The position numbers were made by a program, and so were the translations under genes. 64,000 bases of DNA from the NCBI GenBank assembly GCA_950097015.1, contig CATNEN010000030.1, positions 1,798,001-1,862,000 of the forward strand, written 5' to 3'. The notes beneath the pieces were generated by a model, which worked only from the letters and a program-made list of their open reading frames with translations, had not been told where the DNA came from and made no database searches. Each line of letters starts with the position of its first letter. The first letter of the stretch is position 1. Source of the stretch: Macrostomum hystrix (Eukaryota; Animalia; Platyhelminthes). This document shows, in pieces, positions 46,585 to 59,076 of this stretch.

Positions 46585-47100
46585 AGACCAGAGATGAAGG
46601 GAGAGACCAGAGATGAAGGGAGAGACCAGAGATGAAGGGAGAGACCAGAGATGAAGGGAGAGACCAGAGATGAAGGGAGAGACCAGAGATGAAGGGAGAG
46701 ACCAGAGATGAAGGGAGAGACCAGAATGAAGGGAGAGACCAGAGATGAAGGGAGAGACTAGAGATGAAGGGAGAGACCAGAATGAAGGGAGAGACCAGAG
46801 ATGAAGCAAGAGACCAGAGATGAAGGGAGAGACCAGAGATGAAGGGAGAGACCAGAGATGAAGGGAGAGACCAGAGATGAAGGGAGAGACCAGAATGAAG
46901 GGAGAGACCAGAGATGAAGCAAGAGACCAGAGATGAAGGGAGAGACCAGAGATGAAGGGAGAGACCAGAGATGAAGGGAGAGACCAGAGATGAAGGGAGA
47001 GACCAGAGACGTACGGAGAGACCAGAGATGAAGGGAGAGACCAGAGATGAAGGGAGAGACCAGAGATGAAGGGAGAGACCAGAGATGAAGGGAGAGACCA
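46585..47100. repeat. 19-bp tandem repeat (AGACCAGAGATGAAGGGAG), about 27 copies
   Basis: Direct periodicity. Confidence 0.95.
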
Positions 47101-47714
47101 AAGATCTAGGGAGATACAGGACATGCAAGAAATAGTTAGGTTTCGACAATAGGCCAAAGCCAAGTGGACCAAGTTGCCACCAATGGGACAGATCTCACGC
47201 TGATAATCAGGCTGCAAAGATCTCATTGTGCAAACTGTCCACTCTCTGTGGGTGTGCTAAACTATTAAAACCATTTTTTCCGTAAGATTCGATCATTTTG
47301 ATTGACTGAGTGTCGCCTGCACGCCCGCAGACCCAAATATAGCCCGAACACTGCCTCGGGTCTGACGGACAGGTCGGTTGCAATGCATGGGTGTTAACAC
47401 CTTAATAGCGCGGGACGTGTTAGGAATTAACAATTAATAGACAGAAATCTTCTGTGGCAGACAGATGGTCAAAAACACGACTATCATTGTGTGCACAAAT
47501 AATTCTCACATTTATTTGCAAGGCTGTTATCGGGGCGATATTCGACTTTTAGTGAAAATGTACAAGGCCCATTGGAAGCCTGTTATGCAACTTAAGCAAA
47601 CATACATTACATAAAATTGCTACAATTAACAGTTTGTCTCACATTAAAGATTGTCAATTATTAACTCTAACTCTTAATCTAATCTCTAAAACACTCACTG
47701 AGATGAGAACCAAG

Positions 47715-48255
47715 ACGATGAAGGCAGGCAGTGGGTGAGAAGGCAGGCAGTGGGTGAGAAGGCAGGCAGTGGGTGAGAAGGCAGGCAGTGGGTGAGAAGG
47801 CAGGCAGTGGGTGAGAAGGCAGGCAGTGGGTGAGAAGGCAGGCAGTGGGTGAGAAGGCAGGCAGTGGGTGAGAAGGCAGGCGGTGGGTGAGAAGGCAGGC
47901 AGTGGGTGAGAAGGCAGGCAGTGGGTGAGAAGGCAGGCAGTGGGTGAGAAGAGAAGGCAGGCAGTGGGTGAGAAGGCAGGCAGTGGGTGAGAAGGCAGGC
48001 AGTGGGTGAGAAGGCAGGCAGTGGGTGAGAAGGCAGGCGGTGGGTGAGAAGGCAGGCGGTGGGTGAGAAGGCAGGCAGTAGGTGAGAAGGCAGGCAGTGG
48101 GTGAGAAGGCAGGCAGTGGGTGAGAAGGCAGGCAGTGGGTGAGAAGGCAGGCAGTGGGTGAGAAGAGAAGGCAGGCAGTGGGTGAGAAGGCAGGCGGTGG
48201 GTGAGAAGGCAGGCAGTGGGTGAGAAGGCAGGCAGTGGGTGAGAAGGCAGGCAGT
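47715..48255. repeat. 19-bp tandem repeat (GAAGGCAGGCAGTGGGTGA), about 28 copies
   Basis: Direct periodicity. Confidence 0.95.
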
Positions 48256-48669
48256 GTGATCAGGACCACCAGCAGTTGCTCAGATCGGCAGCGGAAATGC
48301 GGCAGATTTCCAGGTAATCAGCGCACATGCCTGTCAGAATTTCCCAATTAAAAATGCGGAAACGGACGCTTAGCTGCTAATTTTTGCTGCTTGCGGAAGA
48401 AGCAAAATGCACCAGATTTTTCCCGCTGTCTTCTCTAAAGACGAACATTTTTTGTTCATGCTTTTATTACACTGCTTAATTACTCGTTCTTAATACTAAA
48501 TCCAGGAGGTCATAAAGTAAATCATAAACAGTAAAACTTTATTCAGTAAAATATGTGGCTGAATGAAGTTTCAATCTAAATTACACAATGATAAAGTTTA
48601 TGAGCTTGAAATTGTAAGTTAGGAACTGTTGCAAAAACTACGAGTGACTACATAGTATTTTTGTGACTG

Positions 48670-49505
48670 CGAGTGGATACTTCACAAACTACAGGAGATA
48701 TTTCACAAACTACAGGAGATATTTCACAAACTACAGGAGATACTTCACAAACTACAGGAGATATTTCACAAACTACAGGAGATATTTCACAAACTACAGG
48801 AGATATTTCACAAACTACAGGAGATATTTCACAAACTACAGGAGATACTTCACAAACTACAGGAGATGCTTCACAAACTACAGGAGATGCTTCACAAACT
48901 ACGAGTCGAGAATTCACAAACTACGGGTGGATATTTCACAAACTACAGGAGATATTTCACAAACTACAGGAGATACTTCACAAACTACAGGAGATATTTC
49001 ACAAACTACAGGAGATACTTCACAAACTACAGGAGATGCTTCACAAACTACGGGTTGATACTTCACAAACTACGAGTCGAGAATTCACAAACTACGGGTG
49101 GATATTTCACAAACTACAGGAGATACTTCACAAACTACAGGAGATACTTCACAAACTACGAGTAGATGCTTCACAAACTACGAGTGGATACTTCACAAAC
49201 TACGAGTGGATACTTCACAAACTACGAGTGGATACTTCACAAACTACGGGTGGATACTTCACAAACTACGAGTCGAGAATTCACAAACTACGGGTGGATA
49301 TTTCACAAACTACGAGTCGAGAATTCACAAACTACGGGTGGATATTTCACAAACTACGAGTCGAGAATTCACAAACTACGGGTGGATACTTCACAAACTA
49401 CGAGTCGAGAATTCACAAACTACGGGTGGATACTTCACAAACCACGAGTCTATAATTCACAAACTACGGGTGGATACTTCACAAACCACGAGTCTATAAC
49501 TCACA
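48670..49505. repeat. 21-22-bp composite tandem repeat built on TTCACAAACTAC
   Basis: Variants ending AGGAGATAT, GAGTCGAGAA and GGGTGGATAT arranged in blocks. Confidence 0.94.
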
Positions 49506-50732
49506 AGCGAAAAAAACAGAGATATCATGATTTTTTCCTAGTTTGTGAAGCCATTTTACGGTCGCAGTTTGCCTGCCCTGCTAAGAGGCAGTAATCGCTG
49601 AATTACAAAGCCTGAGACACGGCTGCAAGAACCGGCCGGCTTAACCTTGGCTCGTCTGGCGTCCCCACATCCCTGGCTTTTTCCTCTCCTGCGTGCGCTA
49701 GCAAATCTGAAGCCTGTTTGCGCATTAGAAGCCCGTGTGGAATCCGAAAAGTAAGCTAACTCCCACGGTGCTTGGCGTTTATTCCCCACTAGCTCTCCCC
49801 AACCTCCGCTCGGAAAGCAGAAAAAAAAGAAATTGGTGGTGAGGAAAAAGAAGATTTCGGGGGCCGGGGGAATGAGAGAGAGAGAACTGAGGGGGGAAGG
49901 CCCAAGCGGACCCTCGAAGGGATTTCTTCTAGCTCCCTATTGCCAGTCCATTGATTTGCAGGGGCTTAGGAAAATGTAAGAGCAAAAGCTATGGCAATTG
50001 GACGCTGGTCCTATGTGGACAACCACCTCTAGCGTCCCTCCCTCAGTCAAGATTATATCCCCTCCTCTTCTCCCACAGGCTTGGTTGCCGCTTGCCCGAC
50101 AGCTGTGGATCTGCTCCCCACAGTTTTACTTTCGCCAAGTCCAGCTGGTCCGTCCGACTCTCTCTAGTTTTAGTCGGATCTTCGGCTGTCTTAACACTTC
50201 TTAACCTTACACGCATTTCGCCACTCCAAAGCCCTCGTCACGACATTCGTGTGTGTGTGTGGACAAGGAGGAAGCAAAGGCAATCCCCTTCGAATTATTT
50301 CCTTTGTCCAATTGAAGGCCTCCCTGCTTCGTTTCTTACTTCCTGCCCCACGGGGGGTGTCCTGTTACGTCACCCGTCCAAAGCTTTTAGCCAAAGTCCG
50401 CCCGCCAACCCCCAATCCGAAAATCCCCTCTGACCAATTCGGTTCTCCAAATCCCGTCCACCCTCTCCGCTCCTTCATAGCCTCGCCTCCGCAGCCAACC
50501 CCCCTCCCGCCTCCCATTTGCTTTATTCCCGATTTCAGTTGCGCCATCGCCGCTCGGACCGGTGATATTTTCGTGCAGCTTCCCCACCTTCCTCATCACA
50601 CCGGGCCAGCCCGCTAAGCCAGGCCTATAAGCCAGCCCTCACGCGCTTGTCAGATAGAAGCGAGGCTCGCTCAGTGTCAGAGACGCGGCTTGTCTATTCA
50701 GCTTGACTCATCCGATTCCTGAGCGCTGCTTC

Positions 50733-53700
50733 ATGGAGAAGGTGGCGGCGGCGGCGGCACTGCCGGCTGCGGGCAGCTCGCTGCACGCGCTGGTCGATGC
50801 CACAAATCTCAGGACACAACAGCTGCTGCCATTCAAGACCAACTCGCTGCCGTCTGTGAACTCGCTGTTGCAGCATCAACAGCAGCAGCAGCAGGCTCAG
50901 ATCGAGCAGCGAGAATGCGTCGATGTTCTAGACGTAGCGCTGACAACCAGCAGCAGTGGAGGCGGTGCGGAGGACTCAGAGAACGCGGCCCCAGAGGCGT
51001 CACTGCCAGCCGTCGGTGGCCGGAAGCGGCCGTTGGCAGCTTGACGAGTCGCAGGACGAGCCGGACGGTCAGCTGGTGGCCACTTCGGCTCAGGGCCCTC
51101 AGCAACAGCAGCAGCAGCAGCCACTGAAGAAACGACAACGGCCTAGTGATGTACATGGTTCGCTACTAATGCAGCGGCTGATGCAACAGCAGCAGCAGCA
51201 GCCCCAGAGCTTTTCATCGGCGGCTGCACCGCTGACTTCGGAGTCGGTGCCCTCCACCGCAGCTGCCTCAGGATCACCAATTAACCTGGTCAAGCGAGGT
51301 GAGTTGAGGCCAAGTATCATCTAGTTAGACTTTTTGCAAGTTTAGTTTTTTAGTGATCCTACCTAAAATACCTACCTACCGGATCTTTGGAAGTCTTCAT
51401 CACTAGCAATGCTCAGTAGTAATCCAGGTGACACATCTCGGTGAGGCTCACCTCTAATCCCTTGCTAAACCCGAAATTCTGAATCTCAAATATTCTCTCA
51501 TCCGCTTAGCGCTAATCCCTGTGGCCAAGTCAACAAGAATTAACTCCGAATGGGCCTAAAAACCGTATTAAATTTAGGGGATTAAAATTTTTAGGCCAGA
51601 ATATCCTCAGGACCAACGATTTAATTTTCTTCTCGCCTCACTGTCCGCCCCAGGGATCCCGCTCTAGAAATCGATTCATTCTAAATCAGACATTTCTCCC
51701 CATGGGGTTCGGTTTTAAACCTCGGATTGGGAAATCGGGAATAGCTAGAAGGGGTTGTGGCGATGTGAGCGAGAAAGAGAGGCCATGTGTTATCCGGGTT
51801 GCGTCACGGCAGGGGAAGATGTGACGAATGCAATAATACAGCCAGCACAACCCGTTTCGGATTGGGCCGAGAAAACCAACTAATTGATAAAAGGGCCAAA
51901 GGGTTCCTTTGGGAGCAGTTATTCGGAAAACATGCAATGGTACAAAACTAAATCCCAGTTTATACCCCCTATTGTCCAGTTATTATCACCCACATCCTAT
52001 TCTATCCCCACATCTCCAGGTAGTTTATCTCCAGATCCCAGGTAGTTTATCCCCACATCTCCAGGTAGTTTAATCCCCACATCTCCAGGTAGTTTATCTC
52101 CAGATCCCAGGTAGTTTATCCCCACATCTCCAGGTAGTTTAATCCCCACATCTCCAGGTAGCTTATCCCCAGATCCCAGGTAGTTTATCCCTCACATCTC
52201 CAGGTAGTTTATCCCTCACATCTCCAGGTAGTTTATCCCCACATCTCCAGGTAGTTTATCCCCACATCTCCAGGTAATTTATCTCCAGATCCCAGGTAGT
52301 TTATCCCCACATCTCCAGGTAGTTTATCCCCACATCTCCAGGTAGTTTATCTCCAGATCCCAGGTAGTTTATCCCTACATCTCCAGGTAATTTATATCCA
52401 GCATCTCCATGTTGTCCACCGTATTCGTAGGTCAAGCCACCTGATCTAAAATACATTTTTCTTTTATTGGATAGCTTCTAACGCTTTAAAAATGCACCCA
52501 AATAAACCAACAAATGTTTCTAGAGTGCAGCCTTACTCTACACTGCATTGTCGAGTTCAGACAGCGACCTCTGCAGCCGCAGCTTCCACAGCAGCTTCTT
52601 CATCAGCCAATGGGTTCTTCACGCAGCGCCTATGTGTCAGTTCCTAGCGAACTGCCAGTCGCGGATCTAACCAGATTTGTCCTGAACGATCTCGGCATTG
52701 GGGGTGTTGATCCCGGCGACTGTCAGAGTGAGTTCTCAATAATTCTCGATCAAATTTGCCAGAATTTCATACAATTTTCATCTAAAGCTACTATTGGTAG
52801 TGTTGTGAGAAAGTTATTTGAGTTAGTGTTATTCTGTTTTATTTCTTTCAGCAAAGCTTGCCTTGCCCTGCTGGAAGCAGCTGGCCTTGGACGAGATCTG
52901 CCCCGACCTCGAGACAGTCTTTGTTGGCTCCCTGCTGCAGCATGTCTGCAACTTTGCCCAGCTATGCATTAAACTGCCCACGTGAGCTACCACCTCAAAC
53001 TACTTTCTGACTGTAGTTTCACCTGTAGATTCGGACAGTCTAACCTTCAAATCTTAACTGTAGATTCTGACAGTCAAACCTTCAAATCTTAACTGTAGAT
53101 TCGGACAGTCTAACCTTCAAATCTTAACTGTAGATTCGGACAGTCTAACCTTCAAATCTTAACTGTAGATTCGGACAGTCTAACCTTCAAATCTTAACTG
53201 TAGATTCGGACAGTCTAACCTTCAAATCTTAACTGTAGATTCGGACAGTCAAACCTTCAAATCTTAACTGTAGATTCGGACAGTCTAACCTTCAAATCTT
53301 AACTGTAGATTCGGACAGTCTAACCTTCAAATCTTAACTGTAGATTCGGACAGTCTAACCTTCAAATCTTAACTGTAGATTCGGACAGTCTAACCTTCAA
53401 ATCTTAACTGTAGATTCGGACAGTCTAACCTTCAAATCTTAACTGTAGATTCGGACAGTCTAACCTTCAAATCTTAACTGTAGATTCGGACAGTCTAACC
53501 TTCAAATCTTAACTGTAGATTCGGACAGTCTAACCTTCAAATCTTACCTGTAGATTCGGACAGTCTAACCTTCAAATCTTAACTGTAGATTCGGACAGTC
53601 TAACCTTCAAATCTTAACTGTAGATTCGGACAGTCTAACCTTCAAATCTTAACTGTAGATTCGGACAGTCTAACCTTCAAATCTTACCTGTAGATTCGGA

Positions 53701-55784
53701 CAGTCTAACCTTCAAATCTTAACTGTAGATTCGGACAGTCTAACCTTCAAATCTTAACTGTAGATTCGGACAGTCTAACCTTCAAATCTTAACTGTAGAT
53801 TCGGACAGTCTAACCTTCAAATCTTAACTGTAGATTCGGACAGTCTAACCTTCAAATCTTAACTGTAGATTCGGACAGTCTAACCTTCAAATCTTAACTG
53901 TAGATTCGGACAGTCTAACCTTCAAATCTTAACTGTAGATTCGGACAGTCTAACCTTCAAATCTTAACTGTAGATTCGGACAGTCTAACCTTCAAATCTT
54001 AACTGTAGATTCGGACAGTCTAACCTTCAAATCTTACCTGTAGATTCGGACAGTCTAACCTTCAAATCTTAACTGTAGATTCGGACAGTCTAACCTTTAA
54101 ATCTTAACTGTAGATTCGGACAGTCTAACCTTCAAATCTTAACTGTAGATTCGGACAGTCTAACCTTCAAATCTTACCTGTAGATTCGGACAGTCTAACC
54201 TTCAAATCTTAACTGTAGATTCGGACAGTCTAACCTTCAAATCTTAACTGTAGATTCGGACAGTCTAACCTTCAAATCTTAACTGTAGATTCGGACAGTC
54301 TAACCTTCAAATCTTTCCTGTCCACTCGAGTGTACTGAAATTCCAAAGCTAATGAAGAATTCGTCTATAACGCTAATTTCACCTTGTCCTCCCCCATCAA
54401 AGGCCGGACTCAGCGCTGGTGCCGTCGCACATCATCCGTACCCTGATGCGCTCTCTACTGCCTCGCCATGTACCGCAGGCAGGCCAGGCCGTCTGGCTCA
54501 AACAGATCGGCTGCCCCATCGAGCAGGTGAGACATTCATTTGAAGGCATTCATTGATTTCCCTAATTCTAGAGAGGCAAAAAGAATTGAATTAATCGACC
54601 ACACTTAATAATTCTCTTAGGCCACCCTGGAAGCCTATCTGCGCTCGCCGGACAGCTTCGAGTTCTCGACGACCGATCGGGCAATCTTCGGCGATTGGCA
54701 CAGCCGGATGTGCATGCAGTACCTGGAGCAGGTGAGCAAGGCCCCGCCAAGCCTACTGGCCCTGCCCCTGCCCATCCTGCCGCTGCCTATCGGACTGCAG
54801 AGCCAGACGTACCAGCAGTCGATCGCGGCGGCCGAGGTCAACACAGAGTCTCAGTATCTTCCGCAGCCGCTACAGTTGACTGCGGCAACGTCGCCATCTT
54901 CGGCTTCTAGCGCAAGCCAGCGGTCGGGCCGCCTGAGGACCTGCTTCGACGCGGAGTCTGAGCTGCCCCTGCTGCAGCAGTGGTTCAGCCAGAATCCCCA
55001 CCCCAACCGGGACCAGCTCAGCCGCTACAGGGACGCGCTCAACGCTCTGCCAGCGCGCCGCGACGGCACCAGGCGACCGTTGGACAATGCCAACGTGGCC
55101 TACTGGTTTAAGAACATGCGCGCCACTGAGCGGCGCCAGTCATCATCCGGATCGGCGGTTGCGCTTGCGGCGGGAACGTCTGCTCGGGAGTCTGCCGTCG
55201 TTAACGAATTAGACAGCGAGAGTACGTCTCCGCATCCTCAGGTACCACTTCGACTCTGCTTCGAGGAGGGCGACGAGCAGCAACAGCAGCCAGCTCAGCC
55301 GCAGCTGCTTGGCGTTGATGAGAGCATCGACAGCGGCAGCGGCGTCGGCAGCGGCGCTTCCAAGCGTCGGCGCACGCGCGTTTTCATTGATCCGGCGACG
55401 GAGATTCCGCAGCTGGAGATTTGGTTCGACCAGGACTCGCACCCGAGTTCGGCGCAGTTCCAGGTGTACGCGCAGGTGCTAAACTGCATGCCCTTTCGAC
55501 AGCGCCAGCCTCCACTGGAGGCAAAGAATGTTCAGCTGTGGTTCAAGAACCACAGGGCCAAGGTCAAACGCGAACGGATTCCGGAGCTGGCGTCTGACGA
55601 TGCTGCCACGGCTGCTACCGCGGCTGCGGTTGTCACGACCGATGACGATCTCGATGTTGAAACAACGGACGCTGATGTCGAAGTGGACACAATCGATGCG
55701 GGCGCAGACGAGACGGTCGAGAATGCGACGGATGGTCAGACAGTCGCACTTGGCTTGACCTGCAAAACAGAGTGCAGCGACTAA
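50733..55784 (+). CDS. dve: Defective proventriculus / Compass-class (SATB-related) homeobox transcription factor: CMP/ULD domain, CUT-like segment, two homeodomains
   Basis: Exons about 50733-51298 (frame break near 51035-51044), 52524-52727, 52852-52981, 54403-54526 and 54621-55784 (possible in-frame intron 54732-54800), with GT-AG phases consistent. CMP motifs TLHCIVE, SAYVSVP...DLTRFVLNDLG, LPCWKQLAL...LCIKL. HD1 RLRTCFDAESELPLLQQWF...VAYWFKNMRA. HD2 RRTRVFIDPATEIPQLEIWF...VQLWFKNHRAK. Confidence 0.88.
51995..52395. repeat. 21-23-bp tandem repeat (CCCCACATCTCCAGGTAGTTTAT with AGATCCCAGGTAG variants), dve intron 1
   Basis: About 17 copies of CCAGGTAR. Confidence 0.92.
53025..54315. repeat. 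35-bp tandem repeat (TGTAGATTCGGACAGTCTAACCTTCAAATCTTAAC), about 37 copies, dve intron 3
   Basis: Direct periodicity, highly homogeneous. Confidence 0.97.
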
Positions 55785-56522
55785 CTGCTCATTCTGTGCT
55801 CAAATATTGCATTCTGTACTTCTTTTGACTTCTACGAAACGCCCGTGCACAGTTAGCCATGCTATAAATTCCTAGAAACATGAAGCCAGCCCGATTAAAA
55901 TTAGGCTCCCCTAATTTATTTTTGTTGTGCTAGTTATTTTTAGCTGAAAATTTATTTGTACGACTTTAATTTATCAAACGTGCAGTTATGACACTGCTCG
56001 CACTAAGCACCTGTTCATTCATTTACATGCAATGCAATGCTCTGTTTTGTGTGCAAGCCAGTAGCAATTCGTCCTCTAACTTGTTACCTGAATAAAAAGC
56101 TGATGCGGCCATCAAATATACATTTCGCATTAATTCAAATACGAAACCTCTTATTTATATATGCTAAGCTTTGATATGCTTTGATTTCATTAATCCTACA
56201 ATTTGCCATCGATATTTAATGAATCACCATCATCTGACACCTGCACCTACTTTGATCTGATTCATGAAGATAATCACAATGTCACAATGTCGACATTGAA
56301 GTGGTCAAAACCGAATGTCACATTCCTTCGCTAATTACCACACCTCATCACTCCTCATCACTCCTTATCACTCCTTATCACTTCTAATTACCACTCCTCA
56401 TCAGTAACTTAAAGAACTCTTACACAATTAAGTAAACTTTGGATAGTCAACTGTTCCTAAATTGAAAGGAAATCGTCTCATTTGAATTTTTTGCAAGCTC
56501 GTCATCCCTTTTTGCCATAGAC

Positions 56523-58299
56523 CAGGGGTCGGCAAACTTATTAGCTAGCGGGCCAAAAAGAGAACCTAAAAGACGACAGCGGGCCGCATTGACGGTAGAA
56601 ATATAAGAAAAATATATCAGAGATAGGGAAGAGATGAGACATAGGAGAGATGAGACCGAGGAAAGATGAGACAGGGGAGAGATGAGACAGGGGAGAGATG
56701 AGACAGGGCGAGACGAGACACGGTAAAGATGACGCACGGGAGAGATGAGACACGGGAGAGGTGAGACAAAGGAGAGATAAGGCACGGGAGAGACGAGACA
56801 CGGGAGAGATGACACACGGGAGAGATGACACATGGGAGAGATGACACACGGGAGAGATGACACACGGGAGAGATGACACACGGGAGAGATTAGACACGGG
56901 AGAAATTAGACACGGGAGGGATGACACACGGGAGAGATGACACACGGGAGAGATTAGACACGGGAGAGATGACACACGGGAGAGATGACACACAGGAGAG
57001 ATGACACACGGGAGAAATTAGACACGGGAGGGATGACACACGGGAGAGATGACACACGGGAGAGATTAGACACGGGAGAGATGACACACGGGAGAGATGA
57101 CACACAGGAGAGATGACACACGGGAGAAATTAGACACGGGAGGGATGACACACGGGAGAGATGACACACGGGAGAGATGACACACGGGAGAGATGACACA
57201 CGGGAGAGATTAGACACGGGAGAGATGACACACGGGAGAGATGACACACGGGAGAGATTAGACACGGGAGAGATTAGACACGGGAGGGATGACACACGGG
57301 AGAGATGACACACGGGAGAGATGACACACGGGAGAGATTAGACACGGGAGAAATTAGACACGGGAGAGATGACACACGGGAGAGATGACACACGGGAGAG
57401 ATTAGACACGGGAGAGATGACACACAGGAGAGATGACACACGGGAGAGATGACACACGGGAGAGATGACACACGGGAGAGATGACACACGGGAGAGATTA
57501 GACACGGGAGAGATGACACACGGGAGAGATGACACACGGGAGAGATGACACACGGGAGAGATGACACACGGGAGAGATTAGACACAGGAGAGGTGAGACA
57601 AAGGAGAGATTAGGCACGGGAGAGACGAGACACGGGAGAGATGACACACGGGAGAGATTAGACACGGGAGAGATGACACACGGGAGAGATGACACACGGG
57701 AGAGATGACACACGGGAGAGATTAGACACGGGAGAGATGACACACGGGAGAGATGACACACGGGAGAGATGACACACGGGAGAGATTAGACACGGGAGAG
57801 ATTAGACACGGGAGGGATGACACACGGTAGAGATGACACACGGGAGAGATGACACACGGGAGAGATTAGACACGGGAGAGGTGAGACAAAGGAGAGATTA
57901 GGCACGGGAGAGACGAGACACGGGGGAGATGACACACGGGAGAGATGACACACGGGAGAGATGACACACGGGAGAGATTAGACACGGGAGAGATGACACA
58001 CGGGAGAGATGACACACGGGAGAGATGACACACGGGAGAGATTAGACACGGGAGAGATTAGACACGGGAGGGATGACACACGGTAGAGATGACACACGGG
58101 AGAGATGACACACGGGAGAGATTAGACACGGGAGAGGTGAGACAAAGGAGAGATTAGGCACGGGAGAGACGAGACACGGGGGAGATGAGACAGGGGAAAG
58201 ATGAAACAGTATACTATAGCTGTCGGAAGGGGCAACGGGCCGGATTTGAGAGCTTTGAGGGCCGCATCTGGCCCGCGGGCCGGAGTTTGCCGACCTCTG
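56523..58299. mobile_element. Non-autonomous hAT (Charlie-like) DNA transposon, 1777 bp, with internal minisatellite
   Basis: TIR CAGGGGTCGGCAAAC at 56523 and GTTTGCCGACCTCTG at 58285-58299 (14 of 15 match). Perfect 8-bp TSD CCATAGAC at 56515-56522 and 58300-58307. Subterminal GGGCCG/GGCCCGCGGGCCG motifs. Confidence 0.92.
56625..58195. repeat. 16-bp tandem repeat (GACACACGGGAGAGAT), about 95 copies, inside the hAT element
   Basis: Direct periodicity, with variants forming higher-order blocks. Confidence 0.95.
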
Positions 58300-59076
58300 C
58301 CATAGACAAATAACCCCCGTGCCATGGCGTAATGCATTTGAATGGAAGCTTGCAAACTTAAATAAAACTTGGCTAAACCGATTGGATTATGTTGAATTTG
58401 ACCGAAAAAAAAATTGTAGCAGTAAGCAAGGAAATGCGACAGAAAAAGTGATGGCGCAGGTTGGCTGTTTGAGGCTCTTTGCCTTGTTATTGGCCTTTGC
58501 TGGTGGGGTGGGTGGGTCGTCACGAGGCGAGGGGACGAGGGGACGAGGGTGTAAGAATAGTATGTACAACTAACTGTACATTGGTAATGGACACTGAACA
58601 CTGAGCATTGAATGAATCAACTAGAACAAGAAACGATAAGAATTTGGTTGGTTTCTCATAAGTTGGTTGAGAAAACAGTTTAGCATATAATAGAGAGCTT
58701 TCTGTAAATTTCTTAGTTCAGTCAATCAAGAAGGATTGATTTGTCCTTGGTTTCATTCTGTCTGTTCTTTGCCGCCATGTATATGTCTGTGGCAAAATCT
58801 CACACTCGCTTTTGTCTGCCAATCCCCAGTTCTATTTTTAGCACGCCGCATGTACTCTGACCTGGCCAGTGTAGACTCAGGCGTATGGGTACATCTATGA
58901 AGATTGCCAGATTTCCAGGAAATTTTCATGCATTTCTATGCATAGAATCCCCAAGTCGCCTATACTCGTATGCATACGTATTTAAAGGCTTCCAAGCTGA
59001 AGCTGGCTCGTTCACTATAAAATACTAAGTCTTACCTCCACGAGTTGATCTAATACAAAGGTTGTATTCATGAATC

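Noticed and set aside
48640-49570. Possible TIR element around the TTCACAAACTAC array (inverted unit TAGTTTGTGAAG at about 49540)
   Set aside because: No clean terminal inverted repeat or TSD could be defined.
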